A DNA stretch of 64,000 bases, taken from positions 310,001-374,000 of the forward strand of contig NIVC01000051.1 in NCBI GenBank assembly GCA_002269645.1, in the 5' to 3' direction. The stretch comes from Macrostomum lignano. Its lineage: Eukaryota. Positions within the stretch are counted from its first letter, which is position 1; each line of letters opens with the position of its first letter. The position numbers and the translations under genes are program-made. The notes under the pieces are model-generated. The model was given only the letters and a program-made list of their open reading frames with translations. It was not told where the DNA came from and did no database searches. Below are positions 12,962 through 25,984 of this stretch, one piece after another.

Positions 12962-13190
12962 CAGGGGCGCCGTCACCAGGGAGGGACAGGGGGACATGTC
13001 CGGTCCCAGTCTCACCCAACCCCACCTATGAGACCAGTTGCTAATAAAAAATTGCTTTAGAGCGCAAAGATATAGCGCCTTGGGCGCCAAAAAATAAATA
13101 CTTGCGGCGCCAAAATGAGTGTTTGCTTGCAGGAATTTAGTCATGTACATGTAGAATTCTTGGCTTTTGTCCCCCATCCCACCAATCAGA
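12962..13190 (+). mobile_element. Dispersed non-autonomous repeat; a second copy lies inverted at about 46010-46350
   Basis: GCGGCGCCAAAATGAGTG...CATGTACATGTAGAATTCTTGGCTTTTGTCCCCCATCCCACC aligns by eye with the reverse complement of 46011-46100. Confidence 0.6.
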
Positions 13191-13266
13191 CGCTGCATTA
13201 AGGTCAATCTTGCCGCATAGCCCAAATATTTTTTTCCGAAAACTTGCCTGTCATTACAGGAACGCA

Positions 13267-13273
13267 TGCATGA

Positions 13274-13361
<88 letters not shown>

Positions 13362-13368
13362 GAGAGAG
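13267..13368. repeat. (GA)n microsatellite
   Basis: About 50 GA units. Confidence 0.97.
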
Positions 13369-14651
13369 GCGACTGTACACGGTGTGAATATTTTCGTTTA
13401 TTTACACTGAATTTATGCGGCCACTAATCATTTGGACATGCATGGCTTCTAGTTTTAATTAATACAAAAAGAGCTAACCAAGTGATTTAGTTATTGCCTA
13501 ATATAATGCACAAAATACATGTCATTGGCGTCAAGACTATAGATGCTCCTTCCGTAAACACAATCGCTGAACACACCTTAATTGCACGCATTTATGCCGT
13601 TGTCACATTGCAGTCGCAAAAGTCTTCCACTATGCGACAACTTGATCGAAGTGAAGAATTTTTGTTAAAATTGCATTGCGCCTGTCTCTAATAGGCTGCA
13701 CACAGCACCACGTCAAGGTATACAGCAGCACTCTGTTCCGTTGCAGCGTGCCTACATGTATTTAGTTTTCAGTCTCTCAGCTACTGCCAAACCTCTACCC
13801 CTCACTTTAGCTATATACTTCGTTAGTATTAGAAAAGTCGAGCAGTTTAACCGACTATTTTAGAGAGTTTCTCCGCAAAATCTTCTACTTACATGCAATA
13901 TAATTTTCTAATACTTTCAGATAGGCTCACTTCCCGTGCTTATATTACTATTTTGTAGGTCTGAACATTTATTCAGATACCTGTATATAATACTCTGCAC
14001 TGTATTCTCCCCGATTCTGTACTGTATATCAGTGGCTATTAGGCTTCACCTGGTTTAACGACCGGTATCTATACCTAGCCATATCTTCAAGCCTGGTGCT
14101 GCAGAGAATGTTTGGTAAGAAGAATATTTTTACACTTTTCTCTTTTTATGACTATACGATCGTCATTAGTTATAGGGCAACATAAAGAAAAGAAAACAGA
14201 GGAGAGATGAGATAAGATAAGATTAGAGGCGAGAAAAGAGAGAAGATAGAAGAGAGGAGAGAAGAGAGCTAGGAGAAGAGACAAAACCCTGAGTGGGTCC
14301 GGTTTGCTATCGTGAAGCTTCAAAGGACCCAAGTTCTTGGAGTTTGCCAACCCTTGCTGAACTGTATTTGTCCTAAAAGTCTCTCCTCATTCCCCGAGAA
14401 TTTCTGTCAGTTTTGTGTACTTAATATTTTGTCCTATGGATTAATGCTGATCTATCTAAATGAAGGAACTCTCAAGTTCGGTAAACGTGTGCGTTTACAA
14501 TCCAGACATCGAAGGCATGCTATACAGTACTTCTAGCCTTCTTATAAATGCAATTTTTCAAGCCATCTTGTTTGAACAATAAGCTATGGTTACAAATGCT
14601 GTTCATTTTCCCAAATTAAAGGAAAAGTAAGATCAAGCTAACTGCTTTCAG

Positions 14652-17600
14652 GGCGAAGGACAAGCAACAGCAGCACTGGCAGCGTCGGCGGCGGCGGCAG
14701 CAACTCGGATCTGTCGAGCAAAAAGTGCTCCAACTGTGATCTGCTTGAGAAGCAGAGCCAGCGACTTCAACAGACTATTCGCGCGTGTAAGTTCAATTAG
14801 CTGATTTTCGGTGCTAGAGCAATTGGGTCCATATGAAATTTTGCTAGACAGTAACTTCTGACCCGAATTTGCTAGCCGGATGTGTCTGCTAACCGGATGT
14901 GTCTGCTAACCGGATGTGTCTGCTAACCGGATGTGTCTGCTAACCGGATGTGTCTGCTAACCGGATGTGTCTGCTAACCGGATGTGTCTGCTAACCGGAT
15001 GTGTCTGCTAACCGGATGTGTCTGCTAACCGGATGTGTCTGCTAACCGGATGTGTCTGCTAACCGGATGTGCCTGCTAACCGGATGTGTCTGCTAACCGG
15101 ATGTGTCTGCTAACCGGATGTGTCTGCTAACCGGATGTGTCTGCTAACCGGATGTGTCTGCTAACCGGATGTGTCTGCTAACCGGATGTGTCTGCTAACC
15201 GGATGTGTCTGCTAACCGGATGTGTCTGCTAACCGGATGTGTCTGCTAACCGGATGTGTCTGCTAACCGGATGTGTCTGCTAACCGGATGTGTCTGCTAA
15301 CCGGATGTGTCTGCTAACCGGATGTGTCTGCTAACCGGATGTGTCTGCTAACCGGATGTGTCTGCTAACCGGATGTGTCTGCTAACCGGATGTGTCTGCT
15401 AACCGGATGTGTCTGCTAACCGGATGTATTTCCAGTCGGATGTGTTTCCAGTCGGATGTGTTTCCAGTCGGATGTGTCTGCTAACCGGATGTGTTTCCAG
15501 TCGGATATGTTTCCCGTCAGATGTTTTTCCAGTCGGATGTGTTTCCAGTCGGATGTGTTTCCAGTCGGATGTGTTTCCAGTTGGATGTTTTTCCAGTTGG
15601 ATGTGTTTCCAGTCGGATGTTTTTCCAGTCGGATGTGTCTGCTAACCGGATGTGTTTCCAGCCGGATGTGTTTCCAGTTGGGTGTGCTTGCTAGCAATCT
15701 GGGGTTTAGACTACAAGTTAATTTAAGTATTGGACACAAAAACACGACACTTCAGCGTTTGAAAAGTCTAGCGAGGACTCGAGAGCCAATAAAGATGAGG
15801 TGAGTTCTCACATTTAATTTTTGTTTTTTCGCCATGAATTCGGAGATTTCCAAAAGTTTAATATTTTAATGCTACAATGATTTCATTTGACTACCACACA
15901 CACTTTAGATTGAAAAGCTGAAGGCGGAACTGAGAGCTACTCAGGATGAGCTGCATCTTATAAAGCTGGGTGAGCGCAGTACCGCATTTACTTCTATAGT
16001 ACATGCACTTCGGACCACTGTGAACTATGGACTTCACTAAATACGATGTATAATCATGCTGCAAAGTTGAATAACCTAATGTTAAAAATGTCACTGAGAA
16101 TGCAGTCTGCAACGCGAGTTCACTAATAGTTTACTGAGTTCACTGCGAGCATACAGTCAATTAGTCAGAAAAGTTACTGGCGACACACTGCGAAGGCGGC
16201 TTCGATACATCTTTTTGTGACATGAGTGACTCCTTGAGTGTATATAAGCCACGCAGTTTTGGTACAATTCGGGGTTGGGCTAAACATGCGTCTTTAGCGA
16301 CGCTAGACATGGTAGCTCCAGTACAAGTAGCTCATTATTCATTAGAAATCCACCGGAGTTGTAACTGGGGGGGGGGGGGTGATGTGTCTGACTCTCCGTC
16401 GTCTGAACATTAATTTGGGGCTCGTGCACGGATATCGACCTGAACTGTGGCCTTTTCGTACGACTTACGTCTGCAAATCGTGCCTGAAGATGAGAAAGTG
16501 AGGGGCCGCTGTCCCCGCGTGAACGTGTGCCTGCTTGTGTATCTGTGTTTGAGTTTCCATGCTCATCAGGAGTCAGTGCGGAATGGGCATTACTACTTGA
16601 CTCCTCGCTGACTGCAGTCTATTGTAGCCTTGATTTTAAGCAATGCTCAAAAAACCCTCTGTGGAGGTAATAAGTAAGCGCATCATTTTTACATTACGTT
16701 TGAATTCACAGAGCGACAGCAGCTGATGGAGCACGCTGAGAGGCTGGAGAAGCAGCTAGAATGGAGCCTCATCTATCATCAAGCAGCAGAGAGCGCCTGC
16801 GCCGATCTCGCCATTGAAGCCCGTCGGGTGAAAACTCGAAGTTGCGCCGTTTTAGGCCACCTCATGCTGCAGGGCGTTAGCGAGAGCGCCGATGACGATG
16901 GAGGCAGCGTCGTTGGCAGAACCGGCGGAGAAAGACGCAATCTCACAGACAGTTTCTGCTGTTCCAGCGTTGTTGACGCCATCGAAGAGCTAATCCAGGA
17001 CACCGAGTCTTCGTCGTCTGACTCGGAAGATTGGTCAATGGACCAGGCAGCTGGTAGTGAGCAGTTGGCGCAGGATGACGCACAGGATGCGCTGCGGAAG
17101 GCCAGGCAAGATCTGGAGCTCCGCAGACCGGAGAGGTTGCAAGCACTGCGACGATTGACCATGCTGATGCAGGAGCACGACGCGGATTTTAAAGTGGCTC
17201 GAAAGGAGCAGCCTGAATATTCGCGAAAAGCTATTGAGCTGTCTCAAGAACAGGAAAAACAGTTCGGACATCCTGTTGAGCCATTAGAGCAGAAGCAGCA
17301 GGCGAAAGAACAAAATGAACAACTTCGAGAAGCTATTGAGCCAAGTCGACAGCTGATTGGACAAGCTCGAAATCTTAAAAAGTCTCGAGAACTCATCAGG
17401 CAACCCGGAGAGCTCATTGATCAACCTGGAGAACGAAATGATCAACCAAGAGAACAGGATGAGCAACCTCGAGAACAGGATGAGCAACCTCGAGAACAGG
17501 ATGAGCAACCTCGAGAACAGGATGAGCAACCTCGAGAACAGGATGAGCAACCTCGAGAACAGGATGAGCAACCTCGAGAACAGGATGAGCAACCTCGAGA

Positions 17601-19348
17601 ACAGGATGAGCAACCTCGAGAACAGGATGAGCAACCTCGAGAACAGGATGAGCAACCTCGAGAACAGGATGAGCAACCTCGAGAACAGGATGAGCAACCT
17701 CGAGAACAGGATGAGCAACCTCAAGATCAGGTTGGGAAATCTCAAGAACAGGATGAGAACCTTCGAGAACAGGTTGAGAAACCTCGAGAAACGGATATTC
17801 GGCGTCCAGAACAAGATCAACAACCCCAGGAACAGGGTGAGAAACCCTATCAACAAGACGAACAGCACAACGAACAGGATGAGCAAACTCATAAATCTCA
17901 AGAGAACGAACAGATTATTGAACCGCAAGAACCGACAAAACGTGCCCAAGAAGAACACGAAAAAGAGGAGCCAAACCTTCTGGACTTGGTAAAAGTGTTG
18001 CAGCCTTTTCAGTACATGCATATTGTGTCCATCAGCGTTCGTATACAATCAATAACCCACGAAAGTCATCGTTTTTTTCTTCAGAAAGTAAACAAGCCCG
18101 CAGGCCTAGTAGAAGCCATGCTAGAACGGGTGAGGCAGTCCCTGACGCAGCAGCAGCAAAACCAGCAACAGTCAGATGGCACTGAAACTGAAATATCAAG
18201 AAACTGCGATTGCTGCAAAAGCCTATTGAACTCTTTGCTTTCGGATCTGTTGCAATTAAGGAGTTGTAAGTTAATCGGCTGATTAAGAATCAGTTTCCAA
18301 TCTGATTTATGAATTTAATGTATGCAGGAAAGATCTATAAAATTAGCTGCAGTTTGCTGTCATGAGGCTTGATTTTTTTATTTACACCTCATAAATAATA
18401 GTGGCCGTCATGGTGTAATGCACCGTCGGCAACTCCAGCATCCGTACCGAGTTTTATTGTCCACAGCGCACATGAGATCCCTTCAGTAACGTACTTTGTT
18501 GTTTGTAACATCCGTTACAATTCGTACTTTTCACAGACATCTGCCGACATCGACAACAACTACTGGAGCTTCAGGAGCAAATTCAAGCTCTGAAAACGCG
18601 ACCTCCGCCGCCTCCGCCACCACCGCCGCCACCGCCACCACCGCCGCCGCCAGCGCCTGTGCTTCGGCGACCAATAAACTCTATCAAGAGAATGGCAGGA
18701 GCTCAGCAGACAGGTATTTTCGAAAATTGTACAGTTTGAAGTCAGTTAAGTCGAATTTCACTGTGTAACAAAAGCAATGGATAAAAATCTGACAACAATA
18801 CCCGAATCCATGACATCTGACACCTGAATATCTTGACATCTTTAACTCCATCAGAGGGGGGGTTGTTTCAAGGGGTTCCAACTTAAGAAGCTCGAAGTTA
18901 GGACAGGCAATTCTGGCTATGGGAGTTCTATCCCCCTTCTTCTCCAAAGGAGGAGTTGGCCTCGTCTGTATGGCCTTATTGTCGTAAGACCAAACTTAGC
19001 TTTATAAAACACCCCTCAGCCGGCGGTAACCCGACGAACTTTGACACGGCTCTCGTCGACAGTTTGAAATCGGAGCTGAAGGCTGCGCTGAAAGGCCGCG
19101 GTCGGATCCTCCGACCAGTGCAGGACGCCAACCCGACAGGGGAGAAGAAGGAGCCAGAGGGCATGCAGTTCGCGCTGCGACACCGAGGCAGCAGCGGTGG
19201 CAGCGGCCGCGGCGGAAGTCACGATGCCGGATCCGGCGTGACGGATCCGCAGCTGCAGAAGCGACTGGAGAGAATTAGAAGGCGACTGTCCACTTACATG
19301 CCGGCAGTTGGCGAGCTCAAGGAGGTGGATGAACCCCAACAGTTCTAA
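14652..19348 (+). CDS. Shootin-1-like coiled-coil / poly-proline / WH2-type actin-associated protein, at least 7 exons, 5' end not found
   Basis: Phase-consistent GT-AG exons 14652-14786, 15756-15799, 15909-15969, 16712-17988, 18085-18265, 18537-18713, 19020-19348 (at least 734 aa). Coiled coils, then a 17-proline run followed by ...RPINSIKRM, then LKAALKGRGRILRPV and LERIRRRL. This order recalls shootin-1 (poly-P-NPIRSL, helix+HLRPV, ELERILRRR). Family call is from remembered motifs. Confidence 0.6.
14874..15680. repeat. Intronic composite minisatellite: about 32 x 17-bp (TGTGTCTGCTAACCGGA), then 16-bp (TGTGTTTCCAGTCGGA) units
   Basis: Direct periodicity, unit switch at about 15420, a few 17-mers interspersed afterwards. 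Confidence 0.95.
16405..16600 (+). mobile_element. Degenerate SINE-related fragment sharing a central domain with the SINE at 33971-34331
   Basis: Shared blocks in the same order: ACATTAATTTGGGGCT, AGGG(G)CCGCTGT, TGTGCCTGC, CAGG(G)AGTC.G.GCGGAATGGGCA. Confidence 0.55.
17443..17715 (+). repeat. Coding 21-bp tandem repeat, 13 x QPREQDE
   Basis: CAACCTCGAGAACAGGATGAG units in frame within the large exon. Confidence 0.95.
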
Positions 19349-21392
19349 TCAGTCAAATATGGCTCTACATAGGACTTTTTAATTTCTTATTTTTACCTAA
19401 TTGTTGCTTATCTTTTCACGAAATTATTCTTCAACTTGAAATTCTGTGATTCTACTTATACCGAAAGCCTGGTTATATTCTACTGTTCGATTATTTTGTA
19501 TTCATACAATACTTTTCAGCTTAATTTTATTGCAACAATAACTTGCATACCATTTTACTTGAACTTTTTCTAAAACTAATTCGTTGGTAAGCGGAGCGCT
19601 ACTATTACAATCATACAACCGGAGATTCCAATAGTTAATCAGCTAGATGTAAATTTAAAATTAACCAAGATATACGATCGACCCACCTTGTTAATTCGAA
19701 CTAAAAAAGGTTTCTAAAATCCATTACAATAGCGGAATTTACGGTGTAGAAGCAGACGACACTTTATGCTTTGATAAAGTTGTAAGGATATTTCCCTATT
19801 TCCTCAAAGAACTGTCTCTAACTGATTTGCTTTGAATTCTTTTTCAATTTTTCCCTGATATATCGGACAAAAAAGCAGACGGGGATTTGTGTTATTCGCT
19901 GATTGCCAGAGGTCTACCAAATTTGCAGGTGACTTACCCAGATGGGGCAGTAGTAATTATAAATATTAACTTCAAAGTAACTTTCAATTTACGGCACCGA
20001 TGGTGTCAATAATGGCACCAGACACAGGTACATGTACTAAGGAACAATAGTGTTGTTTAGTAGTCCTTGACATAAAAATGCCACGACAGGCAGACATCTA
20101 CATGTAGCTAATTAATCGCCGTACGCTAATTCTACTGTTATGCGTCGCCAGGTTCGATGATCCTTCTATTCAGCAGCTCAGGGCGTCTACCTTGCTTTAC
20201 TCAAGGTTACGAGTTTCGCTTTCGAGCACGCAAGAGGCTGTTGCTGTACATGTAGCAATAAAAAACAAATATAAACCTTTTCCAAGATTGTCAAGACATG
20301 TATGTAGAAGTTACATGTACCGTTGTATCAGGTCCTTGACCTTTTCCTATAGGTTTGACGCAAGATTTAAGCATTTCTAGCAGGCTAAACCGACTTCGCT
20401 AGTGAGCGTCAACAGACTTTTACCCGGCCCCGGTTCGCCAGCGTGTTAATTATAGTATAGTCAGCATGGTCAACAAATTTGCAATTTGTAAAATAATTCT
20501 AGGTTAGTTTAAAATATCGCGTTCACATTTTGCGGTAGTGAACAAACAAATCATGTGACAATATTTGCTGTAGAGAATTTTATTGCTATAAAAATAAAGC
20601 ATTCATAATTTTATTTAATTTAAAAATTTTTTTGCAGTTTTAATCAATAAAGTTAGATTTCACATAATACTTTTGAATTTACAGCTTTCGAATAAAATCA
20701 AATCCTAATCTCGAGTCTCTCGACGCATTGAGGCTTTTCATTTTACCAATTCCAGAATCAGAATCGGTTCGGATCTTCCAAGAAAAACAGCAGTATAACT
20801 ATTTAATTCTGTTGAATGTTTGACTGCCTCAACAACCTCACTTAGCACAATTTTTCACTCTCTTTTTTTGCGATTGTCATTCAATAATAAAAACTTTATA
20901 GCACGTATCTCCCTCTAGTTATGGAGACAAAAAGTTATACTTCACAAATTGGTTCTGGTTCTGGAACCAGAACGAGCAATATCAAAAGGCCCATTGACGA
21001 CGAAAAATATGTTTCTATGTCATCATTACTCATCAATCATCAGATTTAGATCACAGGGACAGGTCTACTAAAGGTCGAGGCTACATGAATCCAGAACTGT
21101 CTTTTGCTGATGCTAATATGTCTAAATTGTTTTGTCTATAATTTGATTTCATACATTTTACTAATCTAAAGTAGACTTCATGAAGTATATTAGGTGAATT
21201 CACCTAATATACTTTTTAGACAATTGTCAAGTTTCATTCATTAAATTATTTTGACTCCAGGAAATTAATCTATGAACCATTTTAAGTAACAATAACTACT
21301 TTTAAAAGACTTAAGCCTGAGTAAGCACTATTTCTATGTTTCAATTAAAACTATTGTATTTGATAGGGCCTACCAACATTAACAAGCTGCAG

Positions 21393-22375
21393 TAGGCCTG
21401 GCATTCCTTCCATTTACGATCATTTTTCCACCCACATTTCGGTTCACGATCCCCATGTAATTTTTCATATAAATGATCATAGCTTGCTTGAAAGAAACAA
21501 AAATTGTTAAACTGAGCTTATTCGTTACATTAAAAAAAACTGAACGGAATAGCCGACAAATGGTTTCTTTCATGGCATGGCGATGACGAGGATCCTATAT
21601 ATCCACTTCGGTTTACAATCATTTAAACGGAAGCAATACATGTAAATGATCGTGAACCGAAGCTAGCGTATGTGTGTAAGGGGGTTTTGGTGTTTTACAA
21701 GCTCTATCTAAAATCGATCACTATCTCAATACATGGCTAGCTTTGGTTCACGATCATTTACATGTATTTCTTCCATTTAAATGATTGTGAACCAAAGCTA
21801 AGGGGGGTGTCGAAGACATATGTAGTCATATATTTATTTGTTGGCTTGTTGGCAATTGAAATGTCATCTTGAGTTAACGTGCGCTCCCAAGTAACTTGAT
21901 GCTTTTTTATTCTCTGCACGCTGCCACCCCCCTCAGCTTCAGTTTACGATCATTTAGATGTAAGCAATATGTGTAAATGATCGTGAACTGAAGCTAGCCA
22001 TGTATTGAGATAGTGATCAATTTCAGATAGAGCTTGTAAAACACCAAAACCCCCTTACACACATACGCTAGCTTCGGTTCACGATCATTTGCATGTATCT
22101 CTTCCATTTAAATGATTGTAAACCAAAGTGGATATATAGGATCATCTTTGGATTCTTGGAACTGTGAAATGGATCACTATAACCCCTTTACCTTCTTTTT
22201 TCATTTGAACATGCAGCTAGTGTTATGATAGATAAATAAAAAGGATTGGAGTGCTTGTCTACTGATTTTTTTGCATTTTGATGAAATAGACAACAATTTT
22301 GTATCTTCCCTATCTCTCCAATGGGGATCGTCACTAATTTCAATGATCGTAAACCGAAGGAATGCCGTAGGCCTA
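21393..22375. mobile_element. Foldback / MITE-like element with nested inverted repeats
   Basis: Inner arms about 21591-21809 and 21925-22143 are reverse complements (about 220 bp, about 115-bp spacer). Outer arms TAGGCCTGGCATTCCTTCCATTTACGATCATT / AATGATCGTAAACCGAAGGAATGCCGTAGGCCTA. Recurrent TTCACGATCATTT subrepeat. Confidence 0.75.
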
Positions 22376-23189
22376 GTCTATGCCCAAATATTGCTAAAAT
22401 GTTAACAAGTCAGCAAATCTTAACAGAACAAGTTGTCAGATGTTCAACAAAAAAGCATTATATGCTATAATAGGGACTCCAATATAGAATAGGGGCCTAT
22501 TCCTAAATGGCTTCACTGGGTACAGTTGATACTATATAAATTCTTCTTATCTAAGTTATATTTTAAATAGGGCTTATGAAGTCCTATCCTATGCATGGCA
22601 TGCAGCTTAGTGTTGCAAATAGCTTAGCATATTTTTATAAATGTCTAACATATATTTACTAGATTTTTTGCTAGAGGCAAAGTGCATAATGGCACCTTAT
22701 ATTCAATTTAAAGGGACAATTTTAAGGCTTATTGTGCAATTTCTCTTTTTTAAGGTAGGCCTAGTATAAATAAGGCTTAAAAAGATAAATAGATTAGAAT
22801 ACATCTAAATTGCAACCACTTTTTTCAATTTCAAAGTGTGGTTTAAAATTTCGGGGTATATTTATTTATTCTATGCATAATAAACTAAGCTTGGGTATAA
22901 CCTAGGGATTTACTTGGCCATTTCTATTGGCAACATACATATGTAAATTGCTATTGGATAGAATAGTAGGGCAATCTTCAAGTTTTGTTTGTTTAATTAT
23001 TTCCGGAATTATTTCGCCCTCTATTCAAGGGTAGTGGGGGGTGGGTGTTGGAATTAAACGAACAAAACTTGAAGATAACCAATAGTAGACATGTGACTAT
23101 TCTTAGCCAATAGCAACTTCCAACTTAAAAGTATATGTTGCTAAAAGAAATGGCAAAGTAATTCCTAAGGTTGCAAATGTATATTAAAA

Positions 23190-23805
23190 GGTAACAATCC
23201 ACTTTGGTAATAGCCACTCTGGTAATAAATGATGACCAATTTGGTAACAGCCATTTTGGTAATAGCCACTTTGGTAACAAGTGGAAATAACAGTATGTAT
23301 TGATCAATATGCTCAAAAGTATTTGCAGACAAACTTTAAAGAAAGATAAAAATAATTGAGATATGTTTTTGTACCATTCAAGATTTGGATTAATGCAGAA
23401 AACTATGTATATTTTTAATCAACATGTATTTTAACTTTAATTTCCAGGTGCACCAGATGCATGCAAGCTGGGACATCCTATTGACCAAATATTTTGTATG
23501 GTCTACATTAGAATCTCTAAGTTAGCACCTTGATATTATAGAATCTACTTTTTTCTTCATTAATTACTTGGGCCCTACTTCAAATTTTCAATTCTCACTG
23601 CATAATGTTCTCATGAAAACTAACGTACATTTTTAAATAAATTCCAATTCAGTTTAACAAGAAAATTAGGCCATACTTGGGAATTTAATATTTGAAATAT
23701 TTATTATTAAACCAGTAGTTCTTAAAGTTTCTACTATTTAGATATAGTGTTGGTAGTTGTAAATCTTCTTTGTTACCAAAGTGGATGTTACCGAAGTGGA
23801 TTGTA
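23190..23805. repeat. Short CACTTTGGTAA(T/C)AGC subrepeats with inverted copies about 500 bp away (possible MITE remnant)
   Basis: CCACTTTGGTAA at 23208-23280 versus TTACCAAAGTGG at 23773-23800. Confidence 0.4.
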
Positions 23806-24227
23806 TTCTATAAAAAACCTAGATATTTAGTATTTACCCTTAGCTATATAGGTAGACCCTTAGAGCAATTAACAAAGCTTGCTAAATATGTATATGGAAA
23901 AAGTATGTTTTATAGAGTAGAAAGGGTGTACTTTGGAAAAGGGAAAAAAGTTTTTAACCAGGCTAGAATAATATGTCTTTCCTTCTCATACATGCCCAAC
24001 ACCTCTCCAACCCATCCAAACTAGACAGGTGAAATGGCCACCAGCCAAGGTAAGTTGCAAAATTGAAAATGTGAAAAAGGAAAAATTGGAGGAAGAAAGA
24101 AAGGAGAGGAAGAGAAAAGGAAAAGAAAGAAAGGAGAAAAGAGAGGGGAAAGAGGAGAGAGAAAGAGAAGGAGAAGAAAAGAGAAAAAGGCAAGAAAGTC
24201 ATATACAAAGTGAAGATTAAGTTGCAA

Positions 24228-24410
24228 TCAAGGGAACTAAGTCGCAATCAGGGGAACTAAGTTGCAATTGGGAGGAACTAAGTCGCAATCAAGAGGAACT
24301 AAGTTGCAATTAGGAGGAACTAAGTCGCAATCAAGAGGAACTAAGTCGCAATCAAGAGGAACTAAGTCGCAATCAAGAGGAACTAAGTTGCAATTGGGAG
24401 GAACTATGTC
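24228..24410. repeat. Minisatellite, about 21-bp unit (AAGTCGCAATCAAGAGGAACT)
   Basis: About 9 copies. Confidence 0.9.
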
Positions 24411-25355
24411 GCACTAAACAAGTGAAGTTTTGAGGTTGGGCATGTATGTTCCTTCTAGCCATTAGACATGCATATCCTACCAAGGGTAAATTAGCCAATA
24501 AGGGCTTAGCCTACACTAATAAGAAAGTTAAGTGATACACTTTTATCCAAACAATGTATGGAATACCTAAGGGACAAAGGGCTCATTATATAAAGCCATT
24601 GTAAGATAAGATCATTCTTAGCTCCTATCTCTACAGTGTAAAAGTTCCAATGTACAATCAAACTTATGCTACAACAGCTTTATAGTACGAACCCAAATTG
24701 CATGTTAAATTAAATACTATAAAATATATCTATGTTGTGTAGGGCTTGAATCTATTACTTGTATTTCTTTTTTGACATTAATAATTATCAATCTTAATAT
24801 AAATCACTATCTAAATTATTGAGTCATATAATATATTTTAGATTTATATAGATAAAGTTATAATTCTTTAAATTAGTTTATCTTACATTTCCTTGGTTTA
24901 AACCTAGCATGAAATCTTTGTTATAAATGAGAGTTTTTAACAAAATTGCAACAATTTTTGTGTATTTTCTGAACTTGAATGAATTTGACAATCTTAAATT
25001 GAATTAGTTATATTGTTGTCTCTTAGTGCATCATAAATGTAGCACTTTTTTCTGTGCATCACAATGTCCTACAATGTTTTTGTGAATGCAAATATCATTG
25101 CATTCCGTAATGGTAGAGATTGAACAAATATTCAGAATTGAATTGAATCAACCAAATATTCAGTTCAAATTGGAATCAGAAAGCTGACTAATCTAAATAT
25201 CAAATAGTTGCTTTGATGTGAAGCAAAGATTTGGAGCAAGTCAAGTGTTGAGTATTGGTGTTGTGGCTCATAAATGAAGGGAAGGAATTAGGGATAAATA
25301 TGAATAGATTAACTATCACTTCGGCAACAACTAACCTCTCCAATATAATTTTCAG

Positions 25356-25889
25356 GGTGTAGCCCTCGCCAAGCTTAGGCGCCTGTTTGGCAGCCGTCAA
25401 TGCAAACTGCTTCTAGTAGGACTAGACAATGCTGGCAAAACCACTGTACTCTACCAGCTAGTGCTGGGCGAAACTGTCCATATTGCTCCAACTATAGGAT
25501 CCAATGTTGAAGAGTTGCAATGGCGTGGACTGAAATTTTTATTGTGGGATCTTGGTGGACAGAGTTCAGTGCGGTCTACCTGGGAGTCATATTACTCTGG
25601 CACAGATTTTGTCATACTGGTTGTTGATTCCTCAGACCGGAAGCGTCTTGAACTGATTAAATCCGAGCTGTACAGTATGCTGTCATCCGATCAGCTGCGC
25701 AAGGCATCCCTATTGGTTCTAGCTAATAAGCAGGATGTTGCTGACAGGTTAACTGCAGCCGAGATTAGTCGAGCACTAGACCTCACCTGTCTGCGCTGCA
25801 GGCCTTGGCATATTCAAGCTTGCTGCGCCTTGAGCGGAGAAGGTCTCACAGCGGCTATGGAATGGCTGGTTTGTCAGGCAAAGGTTTAA
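25356..25889 (+). CDS. ARL5: ARF-like GTPase 5 (main coding exon; initiator ATG in an unlocated upstream exon)
   Basis: TTTTCAG acceptor at 25355, then GVALAKLRRLFGSRQCKLLLVGLDNAGKTT (P-loop), PTIGSNVEE, WDLGGQ, NKQD, WHIQACCALSGEGL. PTIGSNVEE and WHIQxCCAL are ARL5-type motifs. Confidence 0.9.
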   Translation, partial: GVALAKLRRLFGSRQCKLLLVGLDNAGKTTVLYQLVLGETVHIAPTIGSNVEELQWRGLKFLLWDLGGQSSVRSTWESYYSGTDFVILVVDSSDRKRLELIKSELYSMLSSDQLRKASLLVLANKQDVADRLTAAEISRALDLTCLRCRPWHIQACCALSGEGLTAAMEWLVCQAKV

Positions 25890-25984
25890 CAAAATAAATA
25901 AACAATAAATAAATAAATTTTCCTTGTTAAAGGATTGTGTAAAATTTCGTACTTTGAAAAACAGGAATCTGGATTTTGAAATCC

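Noticed and set aside
17284-18048. Antisense ORFs (RLLILFS and MSNLENR repeats)
   Set aside because: Shadows of the 21-bp coding repeat on the + strand.
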